This document shows, piece by piece, positions 33,838-44,223 of a stretch of 64,000 bases of DNA. Source of the DNA: Marispirochaeta sp. (GTDB taxonomy: Bacteria; Spirochaetota; Spirochaetia; JC444; Marispirochaetaceae); the NCBI GenBank assembly GCA_963676835.2, contig CAXXFF010000004.1, positions 1-64,000 on the forward strand, read 5' to 3'. A model generated the notes under the pieces. That model saw only the letters and a program-made list of their open reading frames with translations, was not told the DNA's origin and ran no database searches. How positions within the stretch are numbered: position 1 is the stretch's first letter; every line of letters starts with the position of its first letter. The position numbers and the translations under genes were made by a program.

Positions 33838-34024
33838 TGTATCCTCCTCGATTCTCTTTTTTAAAAGTACCACCACCGTCATAGCAACGCAAGAAATTTA
33901 GCACGTATCCTGCATAATCAGCCTGATTATAAAGTTATAACAAAAACCTTATAAAACAGCCTGTACTAATTCCGTTTTACCTGACATACTCTTTTTGTCG
34001 GCCAACGGCCGATACCATGGAATT

Positions 34025-35275
34025 ATGAATAGAAACAAGCAGCCTGATGACATAGTCGTTACCGGTATCGGGGTAATCTCCTCGATTGGAAATACAAAAG
34101 ATACATTCTGGTCAAATCTTACCGCCGGAGTATCAGGAGCCGCCCGTATCCAGGCTTTTGATCCGGAAGGATTCGGAACAACCTTCGCCTGCGAGGTAAA
34201 GGATTTTAATCCCCAGACACTTATGGACCGCCGCAGGGCAAAACGTATGGCCCGATTCAGCCAGTTTGCCACCTGTGCAAGCCTTGAAGCACTTTCTGAC
34301 TCCGGTCTTGACCTAGCCAATGAAGATTCTGCCCGTATCGGCTGCATCATAGGAACCGGGGCCGGGGACTACTCCCTCCTCGAGGTCCAGCATAGAACCT
34401 TCTTTGAAAAAGGCCCCCTCAAAGCTCACCCGCTCACAGTACCCCAGGTTATACCGAACATGGCAGCGGGAAACGCTGCTATCGAGATGGGGATAAACGG
34501 GCCGAACTTTGCAGCCATCTCCGCCTGTGCAACCGGAACACATGCGGTGGCAACCGCAGCCATGATGATTCAATGCGGACAGGCTGACATTATGTTCGCC
34601 GGTGGGGCCGAAGCAACGGTCAGTCCCGTTGCGGTGGACGCCTACGGCTGCATGAAGGTCCTCTCAACCCGAAACAGTGAGCCGGCACAGGCAAGCCGGC
34701 CTTTTGACAGGGATAGAGACGGCTTTGTTATGGGAGAAGGTGCCGGGATTCTTGTCCTTGAAAAACGTGAGCATGCTGAAAAGCGGGGGGCCAGAATCTA
34801 CGCAGTACTTGCAGGTTCGGGGATGACCTCCGACGCCTTTTCCATAGCTGCACCCCGGGATGACGGCCGCTGGGCAGCTGCCGCAATGAAAACAGCAATG
34901 CAGATGGCAGGACTCAATCCTGAAGATATCGGCTATATCAATGCCCACGGGACATCCACCCACGCCAACGATATAACCGAGACCCGGGCAATTAAAGAGG
35001 CTCTTGGCAATAATGCCTACGATGTACCCGTCAGTTCGATTAAATCCATGATCGGACACGCCCTGGGTGCAGCAGGAGGCATTGAAGCTGCAGTCTCAGC
35101 CTTGTCGCTGTATCATGGCGTCCTGCCGCCAACCATCAACCTTGAAACACCGGATCCGGAATGCGATCTGGACTACATTCCGGGCTCTGCCAGAGAAATA
35201 CAAGCCAAAGCTGTACTTTCCAATTCCTTCGGCTTCGGAGGCCATAATGGAGTACTGGCTTTTACGCAAAACTGA
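34025..35275 (+). CDS. fabF: beta-ketoacyl-ACP synthase II
   Basis: VVTGIG, ACATG, NAHGTST, KSMIGH and SNSFGFGG. Confidence 0.93.
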   Translation: MNRNKQPDDIVVTGIGVISSIGNTKDTFWSNLTAGVSGAARIQAFDPEGFGTTFACEVKDFNPQTLMDRRRAKRMARFSQFATCASLEALSDSGLDLANEDSARIGCIIGTGAGDYSLLEVQHRTFFEKGPLKAHPLTVPQVIPNMAAGNAAIEMGINGPNFAAISACATGTHAVATAAMMIQCGQADIMFAGGAEATVSPVAVDAYGCMKVLSTRNSEPAQASRPFDRDRDGFVMGEGAGILVLEKREHAEKRGARIYAVLAGSGMTSDAFSIAAPRDDGRWAAAAMKTAMQMAGLNPEDIGYINAHGTSTHANDITETRAIKEALGNNAYDVPVSSIKSMIGHALGAAGGIEAAVSALSLYHGVLPPTINLETPDPECDLDYIPGSAREIQAKAVLSNSFGFGGHNGVLAFTQN

Positions 35276-35305
35276 TACACAAGAATCACAATATGGAGGA
35301 ATTTC

Positions 35306-36784
35306 TTGAATACACCAGTCATTGAAAACACAGTAAACACCATAAAAAAGATTGCCGACGACCTTTCCGGATCGCTGCCGGTAAAACATATCCAGTCTTT
35401 TCTCGGCAACCTGAATACAGCGGGCCGCATGGAATGGCCTTCCCTTAAAATAGGTGATCTGCACATAAGAAAACCGGTTGTCCAGGGCGGCATGGGCGTA
35501 GGATTGTCTCTTTCCGGCCTGGCTGCCGCTGTTGCCAATGCAGGTGGTGTCGGGGTAATTGCGGCAAATGCCATCGGTATGCTTGAAAAGGACTATTTCA
35601 AAGACGGCAGAGCAGCCAACCTCAGCGCTCTGCGCCGGGAAATCCGTACTGCCCGGAGCAACAGTGACGGGGTTATCGGTGTTAATATCATGGTCGCGGT
35701 GAATGACTTCCATGAACTGCTTGATGTTGCCATTGAAGAGAAGGTAGACATCGTATTTATGGGTGCAGGGCTTCCGATCAAGAACCTGCCGGTGGAAAAG
35801 CTGAGAAATGCCGGTGTGAAAGCGGTACCTATTGTAAGCTCCGCACGGGCTGTTGAGATGATCTTCAAAATGTGGAAGAAAATCTACAACGATGTTCCCG
35901 ATGCGGTTGTACTCGAAGGACCTCTTGCTGGAGGACACATCGGTTTTTCCGCAGAACAGATTGATCAGCCCGAGTTCCAGCTGGAACATCTTCTGCCCCT
36001 TATCGTAGAAGCAGTTAAACCCTTTGAAGCGGATTTCGGCAGAGCCATACCGGTTATTGCCGGCGGCGGAGTCTATTCCGGAGAAGATATTCATAAAATG
36101 ATTAAACTGGGCGCCTCGGGAGTCCAGATGGGAACACGGTTTATTGCAACCGATGAATGCGATGCCGACAGAGCCTTCAAAGAAGCATATGTCGCCTGCA
36201 GCAAAGAAGACATCGGGCTGATAAAAAGTCCCGTTGGAATGCCCGGACGGGCAATCCGCAACTCCTTTATTAAAGATTCAGAGGCCGGACGCAGGCCCTC
36301 ATTTAAATGTGCCTGGCAGTGTCTTGCAAGCTGCAAAGCAGAAGCAGCCAACTACTGTATTTCCATAGCCCTCAATAATGCACGGCGGGGGAAACTGGAA
36401 CAGGGCTTTGTTTTTGCCGGCGCAAATGCCTACCGCATAACAGAAATAGTTCCTGTGGCATCCCTGGTTGCGGAACTTGAGGCGGAGTACAGTAAAGCTG
36501 CCGGCGCTGTAATCAGCCAGCGGCTCAGCGGAATTGTTGAATCGTTAAAAGACCTGCGGGCTCAGTATGATGCGTTAAAAGCCCGGGCAGGTGAAGCAGG
36601 CAAGGCATATGAAAATGCCCTGAAAGAGAGAATTCGCAATATTCAGGATTCCGGAATGGAAGAAATAACCCGGCAGTATACTGCCATTCTTGAGAGCATG
36701 AAGGAGATTCAGTTCCGCCTTACTGAAAAGCTGGCTGATTCCTGTGCTCTCCTTAACAGCGGAAGTATTCCCGCTTCCATATAG
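35306..36784 (+). CDS. FMN-dependent nitronate-monooxygenase/FabK-family protein, FabX-like, with C-terminal coiled extension
   Basis: QGGMGVG, EGPLAGGH, GVQMGTRF, SPVGMPGR and Cx3Cx3Cx7C; start may be Met ~35429. Confidence 0.85.
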   Translation: MNTPVIENTVNTIKKIADDLSGSLPVKHIQSFLGNLNTAGRMEWPSLKIGDLHIRKPVVQGGMGVGLSLSGLAAAVANAGGVGVIAANAIGMLEKDYFKDGRAANLSALRREIRTARSNSDGVIGVNIMVAVNDFHELLDVAIEEKVDIVFMGAGLPIKNLPVEKLRNAGVKAVPIVSSARAVEMIFKMWKKIYNDVPDAVVLEGPLAGGHIGFSAEQIDQPEFQLEHLLPLIVEAVKPFEADFGRAIPVIAGGGVYSGEDIHKMIKLGASGVQMGTRFIATDECDADRAFKEAYVACSKEDIGLIKSPVGMPGRAIRNSFIKDSEAGRRPSFKCAWQCLASCKAEAANYCISIALNNARRGKLEQGFVFAGANAYRITEIVPVASLVAELEAEYSKAAGAVISQRLSGIVESLKDLRAQYDALKARAGEAGKAYENALKERIRNIQDSGMEEITRQYTAILESMKEIQFRLTEKLADSCALLNSGSIPASI

Positions 36785-36816
36785 AAACCGGGAAAACAAG
36801 CCGATTAAAACCGCCG

Positions 36817-37227
36817 TTAAACCTTAGCGGCGGTTTTTTTGTCACACACCTGGTGAGCTATTTCCCCTATTTCGGCTATCGCTTCTCTTAACTCAACCAG
36901 TTCTTCATTGGTGGGGTCTTTAATATGAAACTTCTCCAGAGAACAGATAGACTGGATATTTTCGTATTTCAATATCCGTTCTCTGAGTCCGGCATCAACC
37001 GGCATTACCCGTTCCAGGCCGTCCATTAAATCGGTGAAGGTGTGGTTATCAGGCAGGTTATCATGAAAATCCAGGATAGCCATAACATAGCTCTCCAGGG
37101 ACATGGAAAGCAGATTATAGCGGATGGTGGGCAACAGCTTTACCTTGCCTCCCTCCTTTGGAGTCCCGGATTTCAGATATTTGTCACCATGTTCAAGCCA
37201 TTCCGGCCAGGTAAGTGCGCTGCTCAT
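36817..37227 (-). CDS. hypothetical protein (weak HEPN-like pattern)
   Basis: 136-aa ORF coupled to the upstream gene by an ATGA overlap. Confidence 0.75.
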   Translation of the reverse strand: MSSALTWPEWLEHGDKYLKSGTPKEGGKVKLLPTIRYNLLSMSLESYVMAILDFHDNLPDNHTFTDLMDGLERVMPVDAGLRERILKYENIQSICSLEKFHIKDPTNEELVELREAIAEIGEIAHQVCDKKTAAKV

Positions 37228-37535
37228 ACGCTCTCCTTTGAAAAGGTAAGTTCCAGCTCTTCGCCTTTGGGTTTCATGGAAAAAACACCCTCACGGCTCA
37301 GGCTGCACTTATACTTTGCACAAACAGTGCCAAGACTGTTGTAAATTTCATCCCGATCTGCCCTGGGGCTCTCTTCGTTGAAATGACAGATCAAACCGTT
37401 ATCACAAGTCTCATCAAACTGCAGTATAAAGGCAGAATGTTCGGGAAAAATGAGATCATCATAGGCATACGAGACCTCAAGACCAGTTGCTTCCGCTAAA
37501 ATTGTCCTGACCGCTTCTATATCTCTGGTTTTCAT
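37224..37535 (-). CDS. hypothetical protein
   Basis: 103-aa ORF coupled to the next gene. Confidence 0.72.
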   Translation of the reverse strand: MKTRDIEAVRTILAEATGLEVSYAYDDLIFPEHSAFILQFDETCDNGLICHFNEESPRADRDEIYNSLGTVCAKYKCSLSREGVFSMKPKGEELELTFSKESV

Positions 37536-37709
37536 AGCATGAAGAACATAGAAAAGAAAAAAGGCGGGGTCAATAGTTTTATTTAATTTTTCGAATTTTT
37601 TTGAAGATCTCTCAATGGTTCGGCATTTATATTACATAAGTGTAAATTTATGCATGCTTTTTACTTTTTTGTATAAATTCATTTACTATATACAACATAA
37701 ACCAAAACC

Positions 37710-37749
37710 TTGTTGTTCCTGTTTTGTCATGTTTCGTACTGCTTTGTAC
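37710..37749 (+). promoter_or_regulatory. tandem 10-bp direct repeats upstream of modA (putative operator)
   Basis: TGTTTTGTCA|TGTTTCGTAC|TGCTTTGTAC at 37720-37749, plus a degenerate unit before it. Confidence 0.5.
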
Positions 37750-37911
37750 CAAATGTTAATTACCATACCCACAGGGAAATACCAAGCAATCGACAGATAA
37801 GGCCTTACAGCCACTATCCTATATTCACATCCGGTTTCAATTCTTGGTATGACCTTTGCATATATACCGGTGGGCGAACCCCCGGAATACATCAAATGAT
37901 AGAGGAAACAT

Positions 37912-38685
37912 ATGAGCAAAAAGATTATTATGCTTACCGGACTGCTGCTACTTTTAACAACTCAGCTTTTCGGTGCAGGAACGCAGGAGAAAAAAGAATC
38001 TATTACCGTGTATATAGCCGCCAGCACAACAGATCTGATGGGAGATCTTGGCGCACTGTATACTGAGGCCACCGACGTTGAAGTAAACCTGAATCCAGCC
38101 TCAAGCGGAACCCTGGCACGACAGATAGAACAGGGAGCCCCTGCAGATGTATATGTTTCCGCATCAAAAAAATGGATGGATTATATTGAGGATATGGGCT
38201 CGACAGAAACCAGGGCCCCTTTTGTAAACAACAAGCTGGTGCTTATTGTCCCTTCCGATTCAGGCCTGACTCTTCCCGATATCGAGGAGGGGATAAAACT
38301 GCCGGAGCTTTTTAACGGCAGACTCTCCATGGGAGACCCGGAACATGTGCCTGCAGGAAAATATGCCATGGAAGCCCTTAGCTACTATGGATGGTACGAA
38401 CCTCTGAAAGAGCGTATTCTCCCCGGAAGCGATGTCCGTGCAGCAATGGCCGTGGTTGAACTGGGAGAAACAGAACTGGGAGTTGTTTACGAGACGGATG
38501 CAAAAAAATCAGAGCGGGTAAAAATAGCAGCCTCTTTTCCCGAGGAATCTCATACGCCGATTGCCTATTTCATTGCAGACCTGAAAGGAGGTAGTATGGC
38601 GGCCAGGGAGTTTACCCGTTTTGTACTGGAATCGCCTGAAGCACAGGACTGCTGCAGAAAATACGGTTTCTCACTGCCGCAATAG
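37912..38685 (+). CDS. modA: molybdate ABC transporter substrate-binding protein
   Basis: AAST, ASSGTLARQIEQGAPADVY, GDPEHVPAGKY and VYETD. Confidence 0.93.
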   Translation: MSKKIIMLTGLLLLLTTQLFGAGTQEKKESITVYIAASTTDLMGDLGALYTEATDVEVNLNPASSGTLARQIEQGAPADVYVSASKKWMDYIEDMGSTETRAPFVNNKLVLIVPSDSGLTLPDIEEGIKLPELFNGRLSMGDPEHVPAGKYAMEALSYYGWYEPLKERILPGSDVRAAMAVVELGETELGVVYETDAKKSERVKIAASFPEESHTPIAYFIADLKGGSMAAREFTRFVLESPEAQDCCRKYGFSLPQ

Positions 38686-38708
38686 GCAAGAAAGCCCGGG
38701 AGATCAGC

Positions 38709-39407
38709 TTGAATACAACAGCAATTTTTACAACCGTTCTTCTTTCCGTAAAGATTGGAATCATAGCAACAGCTTGCAATCTCCCGGTTGCCCTGTTTCT
38801 GGTTTATATCCTTTCGCGGTATTCGTTTCCCGGAAAAACACTGGTTGACGGGATAATCAACCTTCCACTGGTAATGCCTCCGGTGACAACAGGCTACCTG
38901 CTGCTTTTTGTTCTGGGAAAACGGGGCCTTATCGGATCCGTGCTTTTTTCTGCTTTCGGCATAAGGATTGCCTTTACCCAGGCCGCAGCTGTATTGGCAT
39001 CCATGGTGGTCTCATTTCCGCTGATTACCCGGAGTATCCGCATTTCAATGGAAATGATCGATCCGCGGCTTGAACAGGCAGCCTGCACCCTGGGAGCGAA
39101 CAGGTTTGAAACTTTTCGCAGAGTCACCCTGCCCCTGGTTTTTCCAGGGGTAGTAAACGGCCTGATCCTGGGATTTGCCCGCAGCATGGGGGAATTCGGT
39201 GCAACCGTAACATTTGCAGGCAGCATTGCAGGGGAAACACGGACTATTCCCCTTTCGGTCTATTCGCTGCTGCAGGTTCCGGGAAAGGAGAAGGAAGCTG
39301 CCATGCTGGTGGGGGTCTCAGTTGTAATCTCCTTTATGGCCATGTTTCTCTCCTCTCTTCTCACCGGAAAAAACAGAAAGAATGAAGGAGAACCGCAGCC
39401 TTTATGA
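38709..39407 (+). CDS. modB: molybdate ABC transporter permease
   Basis: LPLVMPPV, FARSMGEFGAT and TRTIP. Confidence 0.93.
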   Translation: MNTTAIFTTVLLSVKIGIIATACNLPVALFLVYILSRYSFPGKTLVDGIINLPLVMPPVTTGYLLLFVLGKRGLIGSVLFSAFGIRIAFTQAAAVLASMVVSFPLITRSIRISMEMIDPRLEQAACTLGANRFETFRRVTLPLVFPGVVNGLILGFARSMGEFGATVTFAGSIAGETRTIPLSVYSLLQVPGKEKEAAMLVGVSVVISFMAMFLSSLLTGKNRKNEGEPQPL

Positions 39408-40459
39408 GTCTGGAATTTGATCTGACCCTCCCCCGCCGGGATTTTACCATAAACCTTTCCGGGTCTTTCGGAAAAGAGACTATCGGAATATACGGGCCTT
39501 CGGGAGCAGGTAAAACCAGCTTCTTCAGCATGCTTCTGGGCCTGGAGAAGCCCCGGAAAGGCAACATAATTCTGAACAACAGGGTGCTTGCCGATACAGA
39601 GGCCGGAGTTCATGTTCCGGTTAACCGCAGACGTATCGGAGTGGTGTTTCAGGAAAAGCTGCTTTTTCCCCATTTGACCATTCGTGAAAATATACTTTTC
39701 GGCGAGCGCTATGCACCGGAGCACAGAATATCCCTCGAATCAGTTGCTGAACTGCTTGATGTTACTCCCATGCTTGACTCAAGGCCTGCTGAAATTTCAG
39801 GAGGCGAACAGCAGCGGGTAGCTATCGCCCGGGCCCTGCTTACCTCGCCGGAACTCCTTCTTTTAGACGAGCCCTTTAATGCTGTACATGCGGAACTGCG
39901 GCTTTCAATACTCCCTTACCTAAACAGGCTCACCGAAGAACTGAAAATACCCATGCTGGTTATAAGCCACGACCTGCCGGATATCCAGCGGCTGACCAGT
40001 ACAGTTTACCTGATACACAGGGGAATCTGCAGCGGATTCGGCAATATATTCACTCTCTTCAGCGAAAGCGATTCCATGACGGACAACTCCGGACTGGTGA
40101 ATACTTTTTCGCTGTATGAACCGCGGAAAATAGAGCCCGGCCTTTACTCCTGCAGCGTGGACGGCATCCCCGGTGATTTTATTCAGTCCCCGGTGGCTCC
40201 GGGAAACAATTTCACGCTGGTACTTCAGCCGAATGAAATATCCCTCTCTACCCGCAGAATAAGTAACACCTCAATTCAGAACCAGCTGCCCTGCAAAGTT
40301 ACAGAAATAATAATGCGGGAGGATTTTGTCTACTGCGGGCTTAAATCTGGGACAGTGCCATTGTACGCAAAAATAACCGCTTCCGCGGTACGAGACCTTA
40401 TGCTGAAACCCGGAGACAATGTTTTCGCATTGTTTAAAACCCAGGCACTTTCTCTATAA
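39404..40459 (+). CDS. modC: molybdate ABC transporter ATP-binding protein with TOBE domain
   Basis: GPSGAGKT, ISGGEQQR, LLLDEP; C-terminal AKIT...LKPGD. Confidence 0.92.
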   Translation: MSLEFDLTLPRRDFTINLSGSFGKETIGIYGPSGAGKTSFFSMLLGLEKPRKGNIILNNRVLADTEAGVHVPVNRRRIGVVFQEKLLFPHLTIRENILFGERYAPEHRISLESVAELLDVTPMLDSRPAEISGGEQQRVAIARALLTSPELLLLDEPFNAVHAELRLSILPYLNRLTEELKIPMLVISHDLPDIQRLTSTVYLIHRGICSGFGNIFTLFSESDSMTDNSGLVNTFSLYEPRKIEPGLYSCSVDGIPGDFIQSPVAPGNNFTLVLQPNEISLSTRRISNTSIQNQLPCKVTEIIMREDFVYCGLKSGTVPLYAKITASAVRDLMLKPGDNVFALFKTQALSL

Positions 40460-40663
40460 TGGATTACATTAATGTGAACAGGGACAGAATCGGTCAAGCT
40501 CCATCAACGCTGCACATGCACTGACGGTGGTTCCATAAAAGTAGACAGGTTTATCCCGGTTCGTACTCTTTTTTCAGCATGAGTAATAGCATCCTGAATG
40601 AAAAGCGGAAAGCACTGCAGCTTATTATTGAGTGATTTTCACACCAAAGCTATAATCTTCTCC

Positions 40664-41575
40664 ATGAGTGAAAAATCTTTATCCCCCGTGGAAGTAGCCG
40701 CGGAACTTGGTATAGCAAAGAACACTGTCTATGAACTCATAAAACGTGGTGAGATTCCATCATACAAAATTGGACGAAAGATCCGGGTACGCTACAGTGA
40801 TATTGAACTGCTGAGGGGCGAACGCAGCACTGCCGCAGAAAAGAAGTCCAGCCAGGGGAAAACCGGATCGCCGGAATGATCATTCATTATCTGCGGGCAG
40901 GATACCGTACTGGATATTCTGGCCCGAATGATGGAAGACCATCCCGGAGAAACCCGGGTTTTCAGAAGCCATCAGGGACGCTACAACGGACTTTATTCAC
41001 TCTACAGGGAAGATGTGCATACCGCCAGTTGTCATCTCTGGGACGGAGACAGCAACACCTACAACCTTCCGTATATTCAAAGAATGGTTCCCGGAATTCC
41101 TGCCCGGGTAATTCACCTGGTAAAACGTATGCAGGGGCTGTATGTACCGAAGGGAAATCCCAAAAACATAAGATCCTGGGAGGATCTTGTCCGCCGTGAT
41201 GTAACAATAGTAAACCGGGAAAAAGGAGCCGGAACACGGGTACTCCTGGATGAACATCTCCGACTACTGGGCTGTACTGGCAGCAAGGTAAAGGGATACA
41301 ACAGGGAGGAAAGCTCCCATCTTTCTATCGTTAGCGCGGTTGCCAGGGGAGATGCCGACACAGGCTTAGGCAACGAAAAGAGCGCTCTTCAATCTTCAGA
41401 AATTGATTTTATTCCTTTGCAGCAGGAAAGTTACGATCTGGTAATGTTAAGGGAAAAAGCTGACCAACCCCGATATGCAGCCCTGATTGAAATTATTCAG
41501 TCTGAGGCCTTCCGTAAAGCCATAGACGGACTGGGTGGGTATGATACGGAAAATACGGGAACCATTCTTGCTTAA
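40664..41575 (+). pseudogene. excisionase-like HTH + PBP-like molybdate regulator interrupted by an in-frame TGA at 40877-40879
   Basis: The HTH ORF (EVAAELGIAKNTVYELIKRGEIP) and the PBP-like ORF (FIICGQD...VNREKGAGTR) share one frame and are separated only by GAA-TGA-TCA. TTGAGT-17-TATAAT lies upstream. Confidence 0.8.
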
Positions 41576-41631
41576 GGACGCCCGTGTGAGCTAACATTGA
41601 CAGCAGTTGTCCTATGTATTATAAGTAACCG

Positions 41632-42336
41632 ATGAAACGTCTAGGAAAGATTGAAACTGCCCAGATAAAGAATCAGGTCTACGAAAAAATCAAATCGATG
41701 ATAGTTCAGGGAACCTGGGAACCCGGGGATAAACTTCCCTCGGAAAGCCAACTCTGTGATCAACTGGGTGTAAGCCGGGTTTCAGTCCGCTCTGCCCTGC
41801 AGTCTCTGGAAGCGCAGGGCTACATAGAAATACGCCGCGGTGAAGGCAGTTTTGTCAAACACTTCAGTCTTTCTGATCAACTGGACCTTCTGGTACCAAT
41901 CTTTGCCCTGGACAAGAAAGACATCCTCGATGTCCTGCGTTACCGGATGCTTACAGAACCGAGTCTCATGCCCTACGTAATTGAGAATGCCACTGCAGAA
42001 GATATCACAGGGCTGGAAGAAACCTTCCGCAAAATGGAAGATTCCCGGGACAACATGCGCAAGCATGCTCAGCTTGACGAACAGTTTCACTATAAACTGA
42101 CAGAAATAGTAAACAACAATGTACTATCCAAGATATACCGTGCACTTTTCGAGATCTTCAACTCCGCCTGGAATGAGATCTGCACCATTCTGGGCCCGGA
42201 TGCGGGAATAGAGTATCACGCGAAGCTGCTTGAAGCCATAAAAAACCGGGATAAAGAAACGGCAGAAGCAGTAATGCGGGAACATGTTGTAACCACCTAT
42301 CAGAAAATTGAAACCCATTACAACACTCAAAGTTGA
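41632..42336 (+). CDS. FadR/GntR-family regulator
   Basis: PGDKLPSESQL..LGVSRVSVR HTH and FCD-like C-terminus; TTGACA-17-TATAAG upstream. Confidence 0.92.
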   Translation: MKRLGKIETAQIKNQVYEKIKSMIVQGTWEPGDKLPSESQLCDQLGVSRVSVRSALQSLEAQGYIEIRRGEGSFVKHFSLSDQLDLLVPIFALDKKDILDVLRYRMLTEPSLMPYVIENATAEDITGLEETFRKMEDSRDNMRKHAQLDEQFHYKLTEIVNNNVLSKIYRALFEIFNSAWNEICTILGPDAGIEYHAKLLEAIKNRDKETAEAVMREHVVTTYQKIETHYNTQS

Positions 42337-42457
42337 AACTTTATTCATTGTGTAAAGTTTCTGTTGACAAAAATCATATATGTTGTATGATAAGTTACCA
42401 CTGGGCGAAAGAGCCCGGTAACGTTGTATTATATGCTACATCTTAGGAGGCAAAGCT

Positions 42458-43294
42458 ATGGCAGATCAGGCTACTATTAAAAGCCTGGAGCAGAAAGCAG
42501 TTGATATGCGCCTTGACCTGATGGAAATGCTTGAACCCGGTAAAGTTGGACACCTGGGTGGAAGCAGTTCGGCCATGGACATAGTTGCTGCACTCTACTT
42601 CTACAAAATGAACTATTCTCTCAAACTGAAAGACTCACCGGAAAGGGACTACTTCCTTATGTCAAAAGGACACTCTGTACCCGCCCAGTACGCGGCACTT
42701 GCAGAGATGAACTTCTTCAGCAAGGATGAGTTCCACAAAATGAAAACCCTCGGCGGAATGCTGCAGGGACACCCCGACATGAAAACCCCGGGTATCGAAG
42801 CGGTAACCGGCTCCCTCGGTCAGGGACTCTCTCTTGGTGCCGGAATTGCTTACGCAACCAAGCGCATGAATAAGGCGAGCAACCAGGTTTATGTAATGTG
42901 CGGAGACGGTGAGATGGCAGAAGGTCAGCTCTGGGAAGCAGCATCCTTTGCTGCAACCTACAAGCTCTCCAACCTTACCATGATTCTGGACCAGAATAAT
43001 CTTCAGGCCTGTGGAACCTGTGAAGAGATCATGAACATTCCCGAGCTTGCAGCAAAATGGGCAGCCTTTGGTTGGGAAGTTATTGAGATCGACGGCCATA
43101 ACATGGCAGAGATTATTGAAGCCCTGGATAAATCAACCGGCGACAAGCCCAAGGCAATTGTAGCTCATACCGTAAAAGGTAAGGGATTCCCCTTTGCTGA
43201 AAATGTAGTCGGGTTCCACAATGGTTCCATGACTGCAGAGCAGTTCGAGGAAGGAAAGAAAGCACTTCTGGCACAGAAGGAGGCGTTGAAATAA
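42458..43294 (+). CDS. transketolase, N-terminal (TPP-binding) subunit
   Basis: GHLGG, SKGH, GSLGQG, GDGE..EG and HTVKGKG. Confidence 0.92.
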   Translation: MADQATIKSLEQKAVDMRLDLMEMLEPGKVGHLGGSSSAMDIVAALYFYKMNYSLKLKDSPERDYFLMSKGHSVPAQYAALAEMNFFSKDEFHKMKTLGGMLQGHPDMKTPGIEAVTGSLGQGLSLGAGIAYATKRMNKASNQVYVMCGDGEMAEGQLWEAASFAATYKLSNLTMILDQNNLQACGTCEEIMNIPELAAKWAAFGWEVIEIDGHNMAEIIEALDKSTGDKPKAIVAHTVKGKGFPFAENVVGFHNGSMTAEQFEEGKKALLAQKEALK

Positions 43295-44223
43295 TGGCTG
43301 AAATGGCAAGTTTACGTCAGGCCTACGGACAGGCTCTGATTAGAATCGGTAAAGAAAACTCCGACATCGTTGCACTAGATGCGGATCTTGGAAAATCAAC
43401 CTTCTCCCGCTCCATTATGGATCTTGGAGATGAGCGCTTTGTTGAAGTCGGAATCGCGGAACAGAATATGGCTGCAGTATCTGCAGGTATGGCTGTTGCG
43501 GGAAAAGTACCCTTCTTCAGCTCCTTCGCGGTATTCTCCACAGGACGGGCATACGACCAGATCAGAAGTTCTATCTGTATTCCCAAGTTCAATGTAAATA
43601 TCTGCGGTTCAAGCTGCGGCCTCAGCGACTACGGCGACGGCAAAACCCACCAGTCCATCGATGACATTGCAATTATGCAGGTTCTCCCCAACATGGTAGT
43701 TCTTGCACCGGTAGATGCAAATCAGGTGGACGGTATGGTTGAAGCCATGTCCAAGTACGACGGCCCCTGCTACATACGTATTCCCCGGAACGACCTTCCG
43801 GTTATCACCGAAAAGAAACCCTATACCATCGGCCAGGTGGATGAGCTGAAAGAAGGAACCGACGTGGTAATTCTCTCATGCAGCGGTGCGGTTCACACTT
43901 CACTGGAAGCGGCTGAAAAACTCAGCGCCAAGGGTGTAAGTGCCGGCGTTACCAGCATCGGTACCATCAAGCCCTTCCCCACCGAGAAGGTAAAGGCCAT
44001 TGCGGAAAAAGCAAAAGCTGTCCTTATTGTGGAAGAACACAATGTAATCGGCGGCCTTGGAAGTACAGTAAAAAGCAATCTTGCAGGTATGCCCCTCAAG
44101 TTCGGACACATGGGAATGCAGGATACCTTCGGACAGTCTGCAGAAAGCTATGAAATGCTGCTTGAGTACTACAAACTTACAGCAGATGATATCGCAGCTC
44201 AGGCTGAGGCACTCATTAAATAA
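43294..44223 (+). CDS. transketolase, C-terminal subunit
   Basis: GIAEQNM, DGKTHQ and EEHNVIGGLG. Confidence 0.92.
   Translation: MAEMASLRQAYGQALIRIGKENSDIVALDADLGKSTFSRSIMDLGDERFVEVGIAEQNMAAVSAGMAVAGKVPFFSSFAVFSTGRAYDQIRSSICIPKFNVNICGSSCGLSDYGDGKTHQSIDDIAIMQVLPNMVVLAPVDANQVDGMVEAMSKYDGPCYIRIPRNDLPVITEKKPYTIGQVDELKEGTDVVILSCSGAVHTSLEAAEKLSAKGVSAGVTSIGTIKPFPTEKVKAIAEKAKAVLIVEEHNVIGGLGSTVKSNLAGMPLKFGHMGMQDTFGQSAESYEMLLEYYKLTADDIAAQAEALIK

Noticed and set aside
33900..33916. sigma54 promoter (TAGCAC-N5-CTGC)
   Set aside because: It lacks the invariant GG. I also found no convincing -24/-12 site near the PrpR-like gene.
37760..37900. Moco riboswitch in the modA leader
   Set aside because: Some pairing is possible (ATACCAAG/CTTGGTAT, CCGG hairpin), but I could not match the Moco/Wco consensus. 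An Infernal search would settle it.
40877..40905. Selenocysteine recoding of the in-frame TGA
   Set aside because: A small hairpin (TATCTGC-GG-GCAGGATA) follows, but the codon lies in a linker rather than a catalytic Cys position. A nonsense change or sequencing error is simpler.
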